Shown: in pieces, positions 41,035 to 51,451 of the stretch
Layout: every line of letters begins with the position of its first letter
How positions within the stretch are numbered: position 1 is the stretch's first letter
Assembly (NCBI GenBank): GCA_965249575.1
Contig: OZ252244.1
Location: 3,168,001 to 3,232,000 of the forward strand
Origin: Gemmatimonadales bacterium
Lineage (GTDB): Bacteria > Gemmatimonadota > Gemmatimonadetes > Gemmatimonadales > GWC2-71-9
Direction of reading: 5' to 3'
Length of the DNA stretch: 64,000 nucleotides
Program-made: the position numbers and the translations under genes
The notes under the pieces: generated by a model
The model's database searches: none
What the model was told of the DNA's origin: nothing
What the model saw: only the letters and a program-made list of their open reading frames with translations

Positions 41035-43122
41035 GTGCCCAACGAGCCACCGTCCGCCGCCGCCGTGACCGGGTTCCGCCTCAAGCTCCCGTTCGAGCCC
41101 GCGGGTGACCAGCCACGTGCCGTTGACGAGCTGCAACGCGGTTTGGCAAACGGAACGCGATACCAAACACTTCTCGGCGTTACCGGCTCCGGCAAGACGG
41201 TCACCATGGCGCACGTGATCGCCTCGCACGGCCGTCCCACGCTCGTCCTTTCCCACAACAAGACGCTGGCTGCCCAGCTGTACGGCGAGCTCAAGTCCTT
41301 CTTCCCGCATAACGCGGTCGAGTACTTCGTTTCGTACTACGACTACTATCAACCCGAGGCGTACGTGCCGGCCACGGACACGTACATCGAAAAGGATGCG
41401 AGCATCAACGACGACATCGATTCGCTCCGATTACGAGCGACCTCGAGCCTCATGGAACGAGAGGACGTCGTCATCGTCGCGTCCGTGAGCGCGATCTACG
41501 GACTCGGCGATCCAGTGGAGTACCGGCAGTTGATGGTCACGATCGAAATGAACGACAAACCGGGGAGGGACATGGTCCTGGCGGACCTCGTGCGCATTCA
41601 CTATCAGCGAAATGACGCCGCCTTCGAACGCGGCACCTTTCGAGTTCGAGGCGACACGGTGGAGGTGTTCCCGGCATACGAAGAACAGGCAGTTCGGATC
41701 GAGTTTTGGGGGGACAGGGTGGAGCGCGTTTCGAAGATCGATCCGCTCACCGGCGAGGTAATCGCGGAGCTACGCCGGTGCGCGATCTATCCGGCGACCC
41801 ATTTTGTGGTGCGGCGGCCGACGCTCGAGCGGGCTGTCGAGCAGATCAGAATCGAGCTCCGAGGGCGGCTCGACGAGCTGCGGCGCGATGGCAAGCTGCT
41901 CGAGGCGCAGCGCCTGGAGGCTCGCACCAACTTCGACGTCGATATGCTCCTCGAAGTCGGAACGTGCGCTGGTGTCGAGAACTACAGTCGCCACTTGGCT
42001 GCTCGGCGTGCCGGTGAGCGGCCGGCCTGCCTGCTCGATTATTTTCCGGCCGATTTTCTCACGATCATCGACGAATCTCACGTGACGCTGCCTCAGATCG
42101 GTGGGATGTACGCTGGCGACCGGTCGCGGAAAGAGACCCTGGTCGAGCACGGGTTTCGCCTCCCGTCCGCGCTCGACAATCGGCCGCTCAACATCGGCGA
42201 GTTCATGAACGTCGTCCCCTCCATCCTCTTCGTCTCGGCGACACCTGGCGATCGCGAGCTCGAGCTGTCCGAGGGGTTGGCGGTCGAACAGATCATCCGG
42301 CCGACCGGTCTGGTCGATCCCGAGGTCGAGGTGCGCCCAGTCAAGGGCCAAGTGGACGATCTGCTTGCAGAGATCCGCGAGTGCGAAGCCGCAGGCCATC
42401 GGGTGCTCGTGACCACCCTGACCAAACGCATGGCGGAAGATCTCACGGACTACCTCCAGCAGGTGGGCGTTCGCGTGCGCTATATGCACTCAGACATCGA
42501 CGCGATCGAGCGCATGGAGATCGTTCGAGGTCTCAGACTCGGCGAGTTCGACGTGCTCGTGGGCATCAATCTGCTGCGGGAGGGACTCGATCTTCCAGAG
42601 GTGGCGCTGGTGGCCATTCTGGACGCGGATCAGGAGGGGTTCTTGCGCTCCGACCGGTCACTCATCCAGACAGTCGGCCGCGCAGCCCGGAACGTTGCCG
42701 GCCGAGCCATACTGTACGCCGACCACGTTACCGGTTCCATGGAGCGGGCGCTTGCCGAAATGGACCGACGGCGCGCCACGCAGATAGCGTATAACGTGGA
42801 GCACGGAGTGACCCCGACCTCGATTCACAAGTCGACCGATCAGGTTCGGCTCGTGACGCGTGTCGCCGATGCCCGCTCAGAGCCAGCGTCAAAGACCACC
42901 GTATCGCTGCGCCCAGCCAACGCTGAAGAGCGGGAGCGCCTGGTGGCGGCACTCGAACAACAGATGCGAGAAGCGGCAGCCGAGCTCGACTTCGAGCTGG
43001 CGGCGCTGCTCAGGGATCAGATCTTCGATCTCAAATCCGGGAACACGTCGAGCGGCGCTGGCGACGCCGCCCGCGGGCGCCCCCGGCGCCGCCGCGCTGG
43101 GTCGAGGCGCAAACGTGCATGA
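41035..43122 (+). CDS. uvrB: Excinuclease ABC subunit B
   Basis: [44 protein letters not shown]-terminal UVR motif. Confidence 0.98.
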   Translation: MPNEPPSAAAVTGFRLKLPFEPAGDQPRAVDELQRGLANGTRYQTLLGVTGSGKTVTMAHVIASHGRPTLVLSHNKTLAAQLYGELKSFFPHNAVEYFVSYYDYYQPEAYVPATDTYIEKDASINDDIDSLRLRATSSLMEREDVVIVASVSAIYGLGDPVEYRQLMVTIEMNDKPGRDMVLADLVRIHYQRNDAAFERGTFRVRGDTVEVFPAYEEQAVRIEFWGDRVERVSKIDPLTGEVIAELRRCAIYPATHFVVRRPTLERAVEQIRIELRGRLDELRRDGKLLEAQRLEARTNFDVDMLLEVGTCAGVENYSRHLAARRAGERPACLLDYFPADFLTIIDESHVTLPQIGGMYAGDRSRKETLVEHGFRLPSALDNRPLNIGEFMNVVPSILFVSATPGDRELELSEGLAVEQIIRPTGLVDPEVEVRPVKGQVDDLLAEIRECEAAGHRVLVTTLTKRMAEDLTDYLQQVGVRVRYMHSDIDAIERMEIVRGLRLGEFDVLVGINLLREGLDLPEVALVAILDADQEGFLRSDRSLIQTVGRAARNVAGRAILYADHVTGSMERALAEMDRRRATQIAYNVEHGVTPTSIHKSTDQVRLVTRVADARSEPASKTTVSLRPANAEERERLVAALEQQMREAAAELDFELAALLRDQIFDLKSGNTSSGAGDAARGRPRRRRAGSRRKRA

Positions 43123-43546
43123 CTTGCTGGCAGGGAAGGCTCGCGTCGTCGGGTTGGAACAACTCCGCGCAGAGGCGGCTCGCGTCTGGGCGCGGCTCCC
43201 GGCCGGTTCGGTCGTCTGGCTCACGGGCGAGCTCGGGAGCGGTAAGACCACATTCGTTCGGGGCATTACCGAAGCGGCGGCGGCGCCACCCGCCACCAGT
43301 CCGACCTACGCGCTCATCCACCGATACCCCACCCCGACTGGTCCGATCATCCACGTCGACTGTTACCGTGTGCGCCCGTCAGACGACCTCCGGGACCTGG
43401 ACTTCCCCGGACTACTGGCTGAAGCCCGCCTGCTGGTGATCGAATGGCCGGAACGGGCTGGTGCCCTCGTACCACCTCCGGAACTGCACGTTCGGCTCGG
43501 ACATACCGAGCATTCTGATAGACGTGTCCTAGAGCGCGTAGCTTGA
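43115..43546 (+). CDS. tsaE: tRNA t6A ATPase TsaE
   Basis: [29 protein letters not shown]. Confidence 0.93.
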   Translation: MHDLLAGKARVVGLEQLRAEAARVWARLPAGSVVWLTGELGSGKTTFVRGITEAAAAPPATSPTYALIHRYPTPTGPIIHVDCYRVRPSDDLRDLDFPGLLAEARLLVIEWPERAGALVPPPELHVRLGHTEHSDRRVLERVA

Positions 43547-44271
43547 CGCTCTTGCTCGCCATCGATACGGCGACGGCGTTCGGGAGCGTGGCGCTGGGCC
43601 GGCCTGGGGAGCCGCTAACCGGGTGCTTTCTCGGCGGGCGACGCCACGCGGCCGCCGTCACCGCCGCGGTCGACCATGCGCTCCGGATGGGTGACGCCGA
43701 GCACGCCAGCCTCTCGGGCGTCGTTGTGGCGGATGGCCCTGGGAGCTTTACTGGACTCCGCGTCGGATGGGCCACCGCCCAAGGCTTGTGTCGCGCGACT
43801 GCTGGGCTTGAGGTGTGGCGCGCGCCGTCGCTCATGGCCACCGCGTGGACCGCGAGCCGATTCCATGACGGGCTCATCGCCGCGATGTATGACGCCTACC
43901 GCGGGGAGGTGTTTGCGGCCGTGTATCGGTTCGAAGGCCGCCGGGTAACCACGGTGTTCCCGCCGAGTCTCTGCGCACCGGATGAGTTGTGCCGCCAGCC
44001 AGGTCTGGAGCCCGTGGTGGCGGTCGGTGACGGCGCGGTGTTGCATGCGCCCCAGGTCACCGCTTGGACCGGGCGGCCGCCGATAACGCCTCCCGCGGGC
44101 GCCCTTCAGGCGCTCGCGCTCATCGAGCTCGTCGCGTTCGAGGGAGCGGTTTCCGCGGTCCAGGATATAGCGGCTTACGCCCCGGATTACGGCCGCCCCG
44201 CGGAGGCTCAGGTTCGATGGGAGCAGGCTCATGGAAGAGCACTACCGCATTCGCCCGGCGACGCCGGGTGA
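43543..44271 (+). CDS. tsaB: tRNA t6A protein TsaB
   Basis: LAIDTAT, GPGSFTGLRVG, DAYRGEVF, PDYGR. Confidence 0.93.
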   Translation: MTLLLAIDTATAFGSVALGRPGEPLTGCFLGGRRHAAAVTAAVDHALRMGDAEHASLSGVVVADGPGSFTGLRVGWATAQGLCRATAGLEVWRAPSLMATAWTASRFHDGLIAAMYDAYRGEVFAAVYRFEGRRVTTVFPPSLCAPDELCRQPGLEPVVAVGDGAVLHAPQVTAWTGRPPITPPAGALQALALIELVAFEGAVSAVQDIAAYAPDYGRPAEAQVRWEQAHGRALPHSPGDAG

Positions 44272-44689
44272 CGCATCTGCGATCGCGGCCCTCGAACGGC
44301 AGATCTTCACCGACCCTTGGCCGGAATCGGCGCTTGTCACTCCGGCCGGCGACCTGTCGCTCGTAGCGTGTGTCGGGGGTAGTGTCGTTGCGTACGTGTT
44401 CGTTCGAGCAGCGGAGGACGAGGCCGAGGTGCTCAATGTGGCGGTGCATCCGGCTCGAAGGCGTCGTGGGATCGGCCGCGCGCTGCTGACCCGGGCGCTT
44501 GCTCGCTGTGCGGTTTCCGGGGTCCGCGCCGTCCACCTTGAGGTGCGGGCCTCAAACGACGTGGCGCAGGCGTTCTACCGCCAAATGGGGTTCCAACAAG
44601 CGGGTCGCCGGCCCCGATACTACACACAACCGGCCGAAGATGCGCTCGTATTGAGGCGGATCCTGGGCCCGCGCGAACACCCTGCGTAG
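44231..44689 (+). CDS. rimI: Ribosomal-protein-alanine N-acetyltransferase
   Basis: NVAVHPARRRRGIG, LEVRASN, RPRYY, EDA. Confidence 0.93.
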   Translation: MEEHYRIRPATPGDASAIAALERQIFTDPWPESALVTPAGDLSLVACVGGSVVAYVFVRAAEDEAEVLNVAVHPARRRRGIGRALLTRALARCAVSGVRAVHLEVRASNDVAQAFYRQMGFQQAGRRPRYYTQPAEDALVLRRILGPREHPA

Positions 44690-44715
44690 AACGGGTCCGA
44701 ATGGCGTATCTTTGG

Positions 44716-44744
44716 TTGACAAAAGGACTTAAAGCACCTATAGT
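44716..44744 (+). promoter_or_regulatory. Near-consensus sigma70 promoter for ssb
   Basis: TTGACA-17-TATAGT. Confidence 0.75.
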
Positions 44745-44785
44745 TTCACGCGTCCGAGTCATGCCCCCAAGCGTTGGAGGCTGAA

Positions 44786-45280
44786 GTGAGCCGTAGTTTG
44801 AACAAGGTGATGTTGATCGGAAACCTGGGGGCTGACCCTGAGGTTCGGAGCACATCGAACGGCTCTCGTGTCGCGACCTTATCCGTCGCCACCAGCCGGC
44901 AGTGGAACAACCAGGCCGGCGAGCGCCAGGAAAAAACGGAGTGGCATCGGGTTGTGCTGTGGAATGGAAAGGGTGCGCAGCTCGCTGATTTTGCCGAACG
45001 GTACGCCAAGAAGGGCGACCGCGTATATGTCGAAGGCCGGGTCGAATACCGGACTTGGGAGGATCGCGAAGGGAACACTCGGTACACCACGGAGGTCAAT
45101 GGCCGGGAGTTCATCCTGTTGACCTCTCGAGGTGGAAGCGATGGCGATGACGGGCCCGCCCGGCGCCCAGCTGCGCAGTCCGCCGTGGCCGAGTCGGCGG
45201 CTGGAAGCGCATCGAAGAAGGAAACCTACGACAAGTTCCCGGAGGCGCTCGATGAGGAGGACGATGATCTTCCGTTCTAG
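44786..45280 (+). CDS. ssb: Single-stranded DNA-binding protein
   Basis: LNKVMLIGNLGADPE, TEWHRVV, VYVEG, C-terminal DDDLPF. Confidence 0.97.
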   Translation: MSRSLNKVMLIGNLGADPEVRSTSNGSRVATLSVATSRQWNNQAGERQEKTEWHRVVLWNGKGAQLADFAERYAKKGDRVYVEGRVEYRTWEDREGNTRYTTEVNGREFILLTSRGGSDGDDGPARRPAAQSAVAESAAGSASKKETYDKFPEALDEEDDDLPF

Positions 45281-46454
45281 CTGCGCCTTGGCGGTCATGG
45301 CCCTTTCCCTGTTTGGGGTGAGGGCCGTTCATGCGCAGGACGATCCCGCACCCGCTCCCGCGCAGGGGCGCGTGCACATCGTGGAGTCCGGCGAGACCCT
45401 GTGGGACCTGGCGCAGCAGTATTTCGGCGATCCTTTTCTGTGGCCCTCGATCTATCGGCTGAACACCATCGTGGTCGAAGATCCACACTGGATCTTCCCT
45501 GGCGAGGAGCTGATGCTTGTCCCGCCGGAACCCACCGCTATGGTTGCCGCCGAGCCTGAAGCACCGGTCGAGATCCCAGCGGGCGAGCCTGTGGACCCGC
45601 AGCCTGAAGTCGCGTTGGTCACTCCCGAGGAGCCTCTCGAGCTGGGTCCCACCGGCGACCTGCCCCCGCCGCCCCCGCCGACGTCGGGGGTCTCGGGACC
45701 CACGGTTTTCATGGATCAGCGCAGCCAGGGTTCACGGGTGGGTCGCATGGGCGAAACCGGCTACCGTTCGGTTCTTCCAGGTCAGTTCTACGCCGCCGGC
45801 TTTCTCACGGAGCGCGATCGGTTGCCTTGGTCGAGCGTCGTCGGCGCGCTGGATCGCACAATGCTTGGGACGCTCAGCGCCGTTACTACGGCGCGAATCT
45901 TTGGTTCGGTCGAGCTCCGTGCGTCCGCATCGGCGGTCTACCACGTGGGCGATACCCTACTGACCGTGCGTCGTGGGCGAGAACTCGATGGCTGGGGCAG
46001 GGTGATCGTCCCGTCGGGACTCATCCGCGTTACCGACGTAGCGGGCCGCCGTGTGACTGGCGACGTCGTGGCGCAGTTCAACCGGGTGATCAGCGGCCAA
46101 TCCGCGTTGCCAGTCGAGCCCTTCAGCGATCCCGGCACGGTCGAGCCGGTCCCGATCGAGAACGGAATGACCGGCAGTGTGATCGCTGTCCGCGACCTCC
46201 ACCCGGTCCCAGGGAAGCTGAATGTCATCTTCATCGATCTGGGGCGAGAACAAGGGGTTGCGATCGGCGATGTCTTCGAAGTGCTGCAGCCGCCCGATGC
46301 TGGGGCGTCGACAGAGGCCCCGCCCCGAGCCATAGCGATCATACAGGTCGTGCATGTGCGCCAACGGTCCGCGTCGGGTCTGCTTCTCCAGATCTTCAAC
46401 CTGGGTGTTCGGCGCGGCGCGCCGGTACGGCTGAGTCGGAAGATGCCGTCCTGA
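45252..46454 (+). CDS. Exported LysM domain protein
   Basis: Signal ending VHAQ; HIVESGETLWDLA...WPSIYRLN...DPHWIFPGE; Pro-rich linker. Start uncertain (45252, 45264 or 45297). Confidence 0.85.
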   Translation: MRRTMIFRSSCALAVMALSLFGVRAVHAQDDPAPAPAQGRVHIVESGETLWDLAQQYFGDPFLWPSIYRLNTIVVEDPHWIFPGEELMLVPPEPTAMVAAEPEAPVEIPAGEPVDPQPEVALVTPEEPLELGPTGDLPPPPPPTSGVSGPTVFMDQRSQGSRVGRMGETGYRSVLPGQFYAAGFLTERDRLPWSSVVGALDRTMLGTLSAVTTARIFGSVELRASASAVYHVGDTLLTVRRGRELDGWGRVIVPSGLIRVTDVAGRRVTGDVVAQFNRVISGQSALPVEPFSDPGTVEPVPIENGMTGSVIAVRDLHPVPGKLNVIFIDLGREQGVAIGDVFEVLQPPDAGASTEAPPRAIAIIQVVHVRQRSASGLLLQIFNLGVRRGAPVRLSRKMPS

Positions 46455-46464
46455 TAGGGGGCGG

Positions 46465-47298
46465 TTGGGCGGCGTGTTTACCGAGCTTCATTTCGTCGCC
46501 CTGGCTGCCTACGGCGTCACAGCTAGTCTGGTCCTGGTGGCGCTTTTCAGGCTACCCGGCGGTCGAATGGTGGGGTCGCTACCGCTCGCCACGTCGGCTG
46601 GGGCTGTCGGCATTCACTTCTTCGCGTTGGTGGCGTACGCTGTAGGATCCGGAACCCTTCCGCTCGCTGGGCTGGCCCCCTCCCTGTCATCACTTGCGTT
46701 TCTCGTCGGTCTGATAGCCGTGGGCATTCAGTGGTTGACGCGCGAGGCTGGGATCACCGTCGTGGCGGGGCCGTTAGCTGTGATCCTTCTTGCGGGGGCA
46801 TTGATGGCCGGTTTCGGGCCAGTGCCCGCGGGAGCCTCGCCGCAGGGGGGATGGTTTGTTTTGCACACAGCGACGAGCTTTCTCGGGATCGCGCTGCTCA
46901 TGGTCGCCTTCGCGGCGGCCGCTCTGTACCTCCTGCAGCATCGAGAGTTGAAGGGAAGGCGTTTCGGAGCCACTTTTTGGTTTCTCCCGCCTCTGGAGCA
47001 GGTCGACCGACTGAACCATTTGGCTCTTCTCGGGGGACTGCCCGCACTCACCGTAGGTGTACTACTCGCGCTGGTGTTCGGCGGCTCCAATCAATCGGTC
47101 AGGGATGCGGTCGGTGCCCCACACTTGGTGTGGGGCACGCTTTCCTGGCTCGTTGTTGCGGCGGTAGCGGTGGCGCGCCTCAGCGGGTGGGTGCGGGGAC
47201 GTCGGGCGGCTTGGGCGTCTATTGCGGGATTTGCGACCGTGGCGCTGGCGTACATCATCTTGGTGGGGCTGCGCGCCGGCGGGACTCGATTTCTCTAG
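46465..47298 (+). CDS. Cytochrome c assembly protein family (CcsA/HemX-like) membrane protein
   Basis: About 8 TM helices; WFVLH, LYLLQHRELK, LPPLEQVDRL, GWVRGRRAA; precedes hemA. Confidence 0.8.
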   Translation: MGGVFTELHFVALAAYGVTASLVLVALFRLPGGRMVGSLPLATSAGAVGIHFFALVAYAVGSGTLPLAGLAPSLSSLAFLVGLIAVGIQWLTREAGITVVAGPLAVILLAGALMAGFGPVPAGASPQGGWFVLHTATSFLGIALLMVAFAAAALYLLQHRELKGRRFGATFWFLPPLEQVDRLNHLALLGGLPALTVGVLLALVFGGSNQSVRDAVGAPHLVWGTLSWLVVAAVAVARLSGWVRGRRAAWASIAGFATVALAYIILVGLRAGGTRFL

Positions 47299-47387
47299 AT
47301 CCCTGGCGCAGCTGTGCGTTGTCGTGTGGGCGCCGGCCCGCCGGATCGCCGGGGGGAATGTGACACGATGAGGGGTACCACCACGGG

Positions 47388-48665
47388 ATGAGTCTCGTTG
47401 TTATCGGCCTCAACCATCGGACGGCGCCGATCGAAGTCCGTGAGCGCTTGACGTGGCCGCGGGCCGAAGTGCCGGGCGTGCTCACCAGCATTCTCGATCG
47501 TGGAAGCTCGGGCGCCGTGCTGGTGTCGACGTGCAACCGTACGGAGTTCTACGCGGCCGATCCCGATCAGGCCGCGCTCACCGAAATCCGGCGGTGGGCG
47601 TCCCAGCGTCTGGGACATCCGATCGACGACTATGCGTACGTGCTGCACGAAGGCGAGGTCGTTCGCCATCTGTTCCGCGTGGCCGCTGGTCTCGATTCCA
47701 TGGTTCTCGGCGAGTCGCAAGTGCAGGGTCAGGTACGAGAGGCGTGGGAGGAAGCGCAAGCGTTTGCGGGGCCACTGCTGAACCGCCTGTTCCAGTCGGC
47801 CCTCCGCGCCGGCGGGCGCGTTCGCGCTGAGACCGGCCTGGGGAGTGGAACCGCGTCGGTGCCGTCAGCCTGCGTGGACCTCGCCAAGAAGATCTTCGCT
47901 GACCTGTCGGACCGCCGTGCGCTAGTCGTGGGTGCTGGGGACATGGCGGAACTCGCGGCGGGGTGCTTGGCGTCGGAGGGTGTTCGGTCGCTCTCCGTTG
48001 CGAATCGCGACGAGGAGCGCTCGAGCCGGATCGCCGAGCGCCTCGGGGGTCGCGCGGTCCCCTTCGGGGAACTCCATGAGGCCTTTCGGGAAGCTGACCT
48101 CGTCGTAAGCTCGACCGCCGCCTCGCAACCGATCGTGACGGCAGCACTCGTCGCGGCCGCGGTCGAGGGTCGGAACGGGCGCCCGCTCTGTATTCTCGAC
48201 ATCGCCGTGCCGCGAGATGTCGATCCGGAGGTGGCCAGCCTCGAGAACGTGTTCTTGTACGACATCGACGATCTACAGAGTGTGGTGGCGGCGGCGATCG
48301 GCGATCGGCGGCAGGAGATCCCCCGGGCGGAGCGTATTGTCTCACAGGAGTATGAGTTCTTCTGGCGGTGGTATGTGGGCCTGGAGGCGGTCGGATCGAT
48401 TCGCGCGCTTCGGGGGCGTATCGACGAGGTACGTCGCGCGGAAGTGGAACGGGCACTGAGACGGCTTGCTCACCTCGATGTGGGCGATCGAGAGCGCATC
48501 GAGCAGCTGACCCGCACCCTGATGAACAAGTTCCTGCACGAACCCACCGTGCGGCTGCGAGCGGCTGGTGGCACGCCCGAGGGTGGGCGGCTGGCCGAGG
48601 CCGTGCGACATCTCTTTGATCTAGAGGAGCTGAACGTGAACGACTCAGCATCGCGCGATTCATGA
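47388..48665 (+). CDS. hemA: Glutamyl-tRNA reductase
   Basis: GLNHRTAP, STCNRTE, GLDSMVLGESQV, GAGDMA, DIAVPRDV. Confidence 0.97.
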   Translation: MSLVVIGLNHRTAPIEVRERLTWPRAEVPGVLTSILDRGSSGAVLVSTCNRTEFYAADPDQAALTEIRRWASQRLGHPIDDYAYVLHEGEVVRHLFRVAAGLDSMVLGESQVQGQVREAWEEAQAFAGPLLNRLFQSALRAGGRVRAETGLGSGTASVPSACVDLAKKIFADLSDRRALVVGAGDMAELAAGCLASEGVRSLSVANRDEERSSRIAERLGGRAVPFGELHEAFREADLVVSSTAASQPIVTAALVAAAVEGRNGRPLCILDIAVPRDVDPEVASLENVFLYDIDDLQSVVAAAIGDRRQEIPRAERIVSQEYEFFWRWYVGLEAVGSIRALRGRIDEVRRAEVERALRRLAHLDVGDRERIEQLTRTLMNKFLHEPTVRLRAAGGTPEGGRLAEAVRHLFDLEELNVNDSASRDS

Positions 48666-49612
48666 GCCAACGTGTTGTAGTTTCTGGAGGCGCCGGATTC
48701 ATCGGATCCCATGTAGTCGATGGCTATATAGCCGCTGGGTATGAGGTAACCGTTGTGGACAACCTCTCCAGTGGCCGGCGCGAGAACGTACCTAAGGGCG
48801 CCGCGCTCGTCGTGTGTGACATCGGCTCCGAAGAGGCTCGTGATTTGGTGGCGACGGGTGGGTTCACGATCTTGAACCACCACGCTGCTCAGTTGGACGT
48901 CCGCGTATCGGTAGACGATCCAGAGCTCGACGCCCGTGAAAACATCCTCGGACTCCTCAACCTGCTGCAGGGGGGCCGCGACGGCAGTGTGGAGCGGGTC
49001 TTGTTCGCCTCCTCGGGAGGTGTGGTGTACGATGAACGGAGCCAATTGCCTCACGCCGAGACGGCGCCGAAACTCCCGGTCTCGCCGTACGGTGTGAGCA
49101 AGCTGGCGTCGGAATACTACTTGGCCGCTTATGGCCGGCTTTACGACCTAGAGGTGGTGTCGCTGCGATACGCCAACGTTTTTGGGCCTCGCCAGAGCCC
49201 GCATGGGGAGGCCGGGGTCGTCGCCATCTTCGGGAATCGAATCAAGCGGGGTCAGGAGTTGACGGTCTTCGGCGGTGGCGAGCAGACGCGAGACTATGTG
49301 TTCGTGGAGGATGTCGCGCGGGCGAACGTCTCGGCGAGCACTTGTGCCATCCCGCCAGTCTCCGACCTCGATGCGCGTGCTTTCAATGTCGGTACGGGGT
49401 CGGAAACGAGCGTCAACGGCCTCGTGGAGAGCATGCTGTCCGCGACCGGAAGCGACGTGGCGGTCCGGCACGCTCCGGCCCGCCCGGGCGAGCTGAGCCG
49501 CAGCGCCGTGAGCTTTGAAAAGGCGGAGCGCGCCTGGGGGTGGCGACCCGAAGTGTCGCTGATTCAGGGGCTCGGCGAAACCTATGCCTGGATTGAGGAA
49601 GCCTCGACATGA
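48662..49612 (+). CDS. NAD-dependent epimerase (UDP-glucose 4-epimerase-like)
   Basis: GGAGFIGSH, HHAAQLDVRVSV, SPYGVSK, RYANVFGPRQ-PHGEAGVV. Confidence 0.9.
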   Translation: MSQRVVVSGGAGFIGSHVVDGYIAAGYEVTVVDNLSSGRRENVPKGAALVVCDIGSEEARDLVATGGFTILNHHAAQLDVRVSVDDPELDARENILGLLNLLQGGRDGSVERVLFASSGGVVYDERSQLPHAETAPKLPVSPYGVSKLASEYYLAAYGRLYDLEVVSLRYANVFGPRQSPHGEAGVVAIFGNRIKRGQELTVFGGGEQTRDYVFVEDVARANVSASTCAIPPVSDLDARAFNVGTGSETSVNGLVESMLSATGSDVAVRHAPARPGELSRSAVSFEKAERAWGWRPEVSLIQGLGETYAWIEEAST

Positions 49613-50325
49613 TGCTGCAAGTTGGCCGGGCGGTGCCGACCACGGCCTGGGAGCTGGTGACCGTCTCGAGCACGGAGACCAAGGCCGTCCTGATCGTTCT
49701 GATGGTGTTCTCGCTCGTCAGTTGGTTCCTGATCGTTCTCAAGTGGTGGCAGCTGCGACGGGTCAGGCGGCAGGCCGATCGGTTCTTTGCAGCGCTGGAG
49801 CGTACGTCGAGCCTCCAAGATGCCTACCACGCAGTGATGAAGCTTCCGGGCTCTCCCTATGGACGGTTGCTGCGCGAGGGAATCAACTTCTTTAGTGAGC
49901 TCCGGCCCGGTGCCCTCCATGACCGTGCCGCTGCGGAAGGAAACTCGGTGCTGAGCGTGACTCAGCTGGAGGCGCTTCGACTGGTGCTTGCGAAAGAAGT
50001 CGCCGCCGAGCGTGATGTCATGGCGCGGTTCATTCCATGGCTCGCGACGATCGGTTCGGTCAGCCCTCTACTCGGCCTGCTGGGCACGGTGCTCGGCGTC
50101 ATGGATGCGTTCATCGGCATAGCCACGGGAGGGTCGGGCAATATCGCCGCGGTGGCCCCGGGGGTGGCTGAGGCGTTGGTCACCACCGTGGTCGGCTTGG
50201 CGGTGGCGATTCCGGCGGTCATCGCATACAACCTGCTCGCCAATCGCCTCGGTGTGTACGCCGGGGAGCTCGAGGGGTTTGCCCACGAGATCATTGGCAC
50301 GATGGCGAGGGAGGGAAGGATCTAG
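49609..50325 (+). CDS. tolQ: TolQ/ExbB proton channel
   Basis: LATIGSVSPLLGLLGTVLG, APGVAEALVTT-GL-VAIPA; first gene of the tol-pal block. Confidence 0.9.
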   Translation: MMLQVGRAVPTTAWELVTVSSTETKAVLIVLMVFSLVSWFLIVLKWWQLRRVRRQADRFFAALERTSSLQDAYHAVMKLPGSPYGRLLREGINFFSELRPGALHDRAAAEGNSVLSVTQLEALRLVLAKEVAAERDVMARFIPWLATIGSVSPLLGLLGTVLGVMDAFIGIATGGSGNIAAVAPGVAEALVTTVVGLAVAIPAVIAYNLLANRLGVYAGELEGFAHEIIGTMAREGRI

Positions 50326-50327
50326 CG

Positions 50328-50750
50328 ATGGCGGAAGGGGGCCTGCGAGGACACGGGGAGCTTCCGCTCACCGCGGATATCAACGTGACGTCACTGGTCG
50401 ATGTCGCCTTCGTCCTGTTGATCATCTTCATGATCACTGCGCCGATCATGCAGGGCGGCGTCGATGTCCAGCTCCCGAGAGCGGAGGCGCGTCCCATTCA
50501 GCCCAAAGAGGGACTCGTCGTGTCCATCGACCGACAGGGGCGGATATTCATGGACGAGACGGCTCTCTCTTTTGACGATTTCCGTGCGGCGTTCGGCGCG
50601 ATCGTTTCCTCGCGCCGGCCCGAGGGCGTGTATTTGCGCGCCGACTCCCGCGTGGATTACGGGTTGGTCGTCCGTGTGCTCGCGCTCATGCGGGCCTCTG
50701 GTGTGAACGACGTGGGGCTCGTGGCTGAGTCTGAAGAGATCATCCGATGA
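50328..50750 (+). CDS. tolR: TolR/ExbD
   Basis: INVTSLVDVAFVLLIIFMITAP, LRAD, YGLVV. Confidence 0.9.
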   Translation: MAEGGLRGHGELPLTADINVTSLVDVAFVLLIIFMITAPIMQGGVDVQLPRAEARPIQPKEGLVVSIDRQGRIFMDETALSFDDFRAAFGAIVSSRRPEGVYLRADSRVDYGLVVRVLALMRASGVNDVGLVAESEEIIR

Positions 50751-51451
50751 GGAGAGCCCGGCGCCACCGGTCATCCCGATCACTCGGAGAAACGAGGCTA
50801 GCATTGGCGAGTACGCTCGCTGTGCACGTGCTGGCCGTGGCCGTCATGGGTGGGAGCGCCGGGTCACGGCGGGCCGCACCCCCCGTGTACAGTGTGCAGC
50901 TCGTCGCGGCGCCCCGCCCCGAGCCGTCTGCCCGACGGGCACCAGAAGCGCTCCAGAGGCCCGCGGACCGAGCCGTGCCAGTGTCGCAGCCCCCGCCTCG
51001 GCGGCGTACCTCGGTTGCGGAGACGCCGCCCCCTCCCGTCCGGACTCCGGATCTCTCACGCGAGCCTGCACCGCGCACGACGCCCGCGGAGGAGCCAGCT
51101 CCGAATGAGGAACCCTCGACAGGCACTGACGTGGCCACGGTCAAGACGACCGGGGTCGATTTCCCGTATCCGGAATACCTGAGAAACCTGGTCGCCCAAG
51201 TGTATCGGCGCTGGCACCGGCCCGAGAGTGGCGTTCCGCTGCGCGCGGAGGTTTTCTTTCTCGTACACCGAGATGGGTCGGTGTCGAGTCTGCAATTCCT
51301 CAAGCGGTCCGGCAACTTTTCGTTCGACCTCGAGGCGCAGGGAGCCCTGGAGGCCGCGGGAAACGGCGGCGCGTTTGGGGAACTCCCTGACGGCTATGAA
51401 TCCGATGTCCTCCCGGTGAACTTCTTCTTCAATCCTGGCCCTCCGAGGTGA
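50747..51451 (+). CDS. TolA/TonB C-terminal domain protein
   Basis: N-terminal TM with SxxxH; Pro-rich linker; RDGSV...SGNFSFD. Confidence 0.85.
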   Translation: MRRARRHRSSRSLGETRLALASTLAVHVLAVAVMGGSAGSRRAAPPVYSVQLVAAPRPEPSARRAPEALQRPADRAVPVSQPPPRRRTSVAETPPPPVRTPDLSREPAPRTTPAEEPAPNEEPSTGTDVATVKTTGVDFPYPEYLRNLVAQVYRRWHRPESGVPLRAEVFFLVHRDGSVSSLQFLKRSGNFSFDLEAQGALEAAGNGGAFGELPDGYESDVLPVNFFFNPGPPR

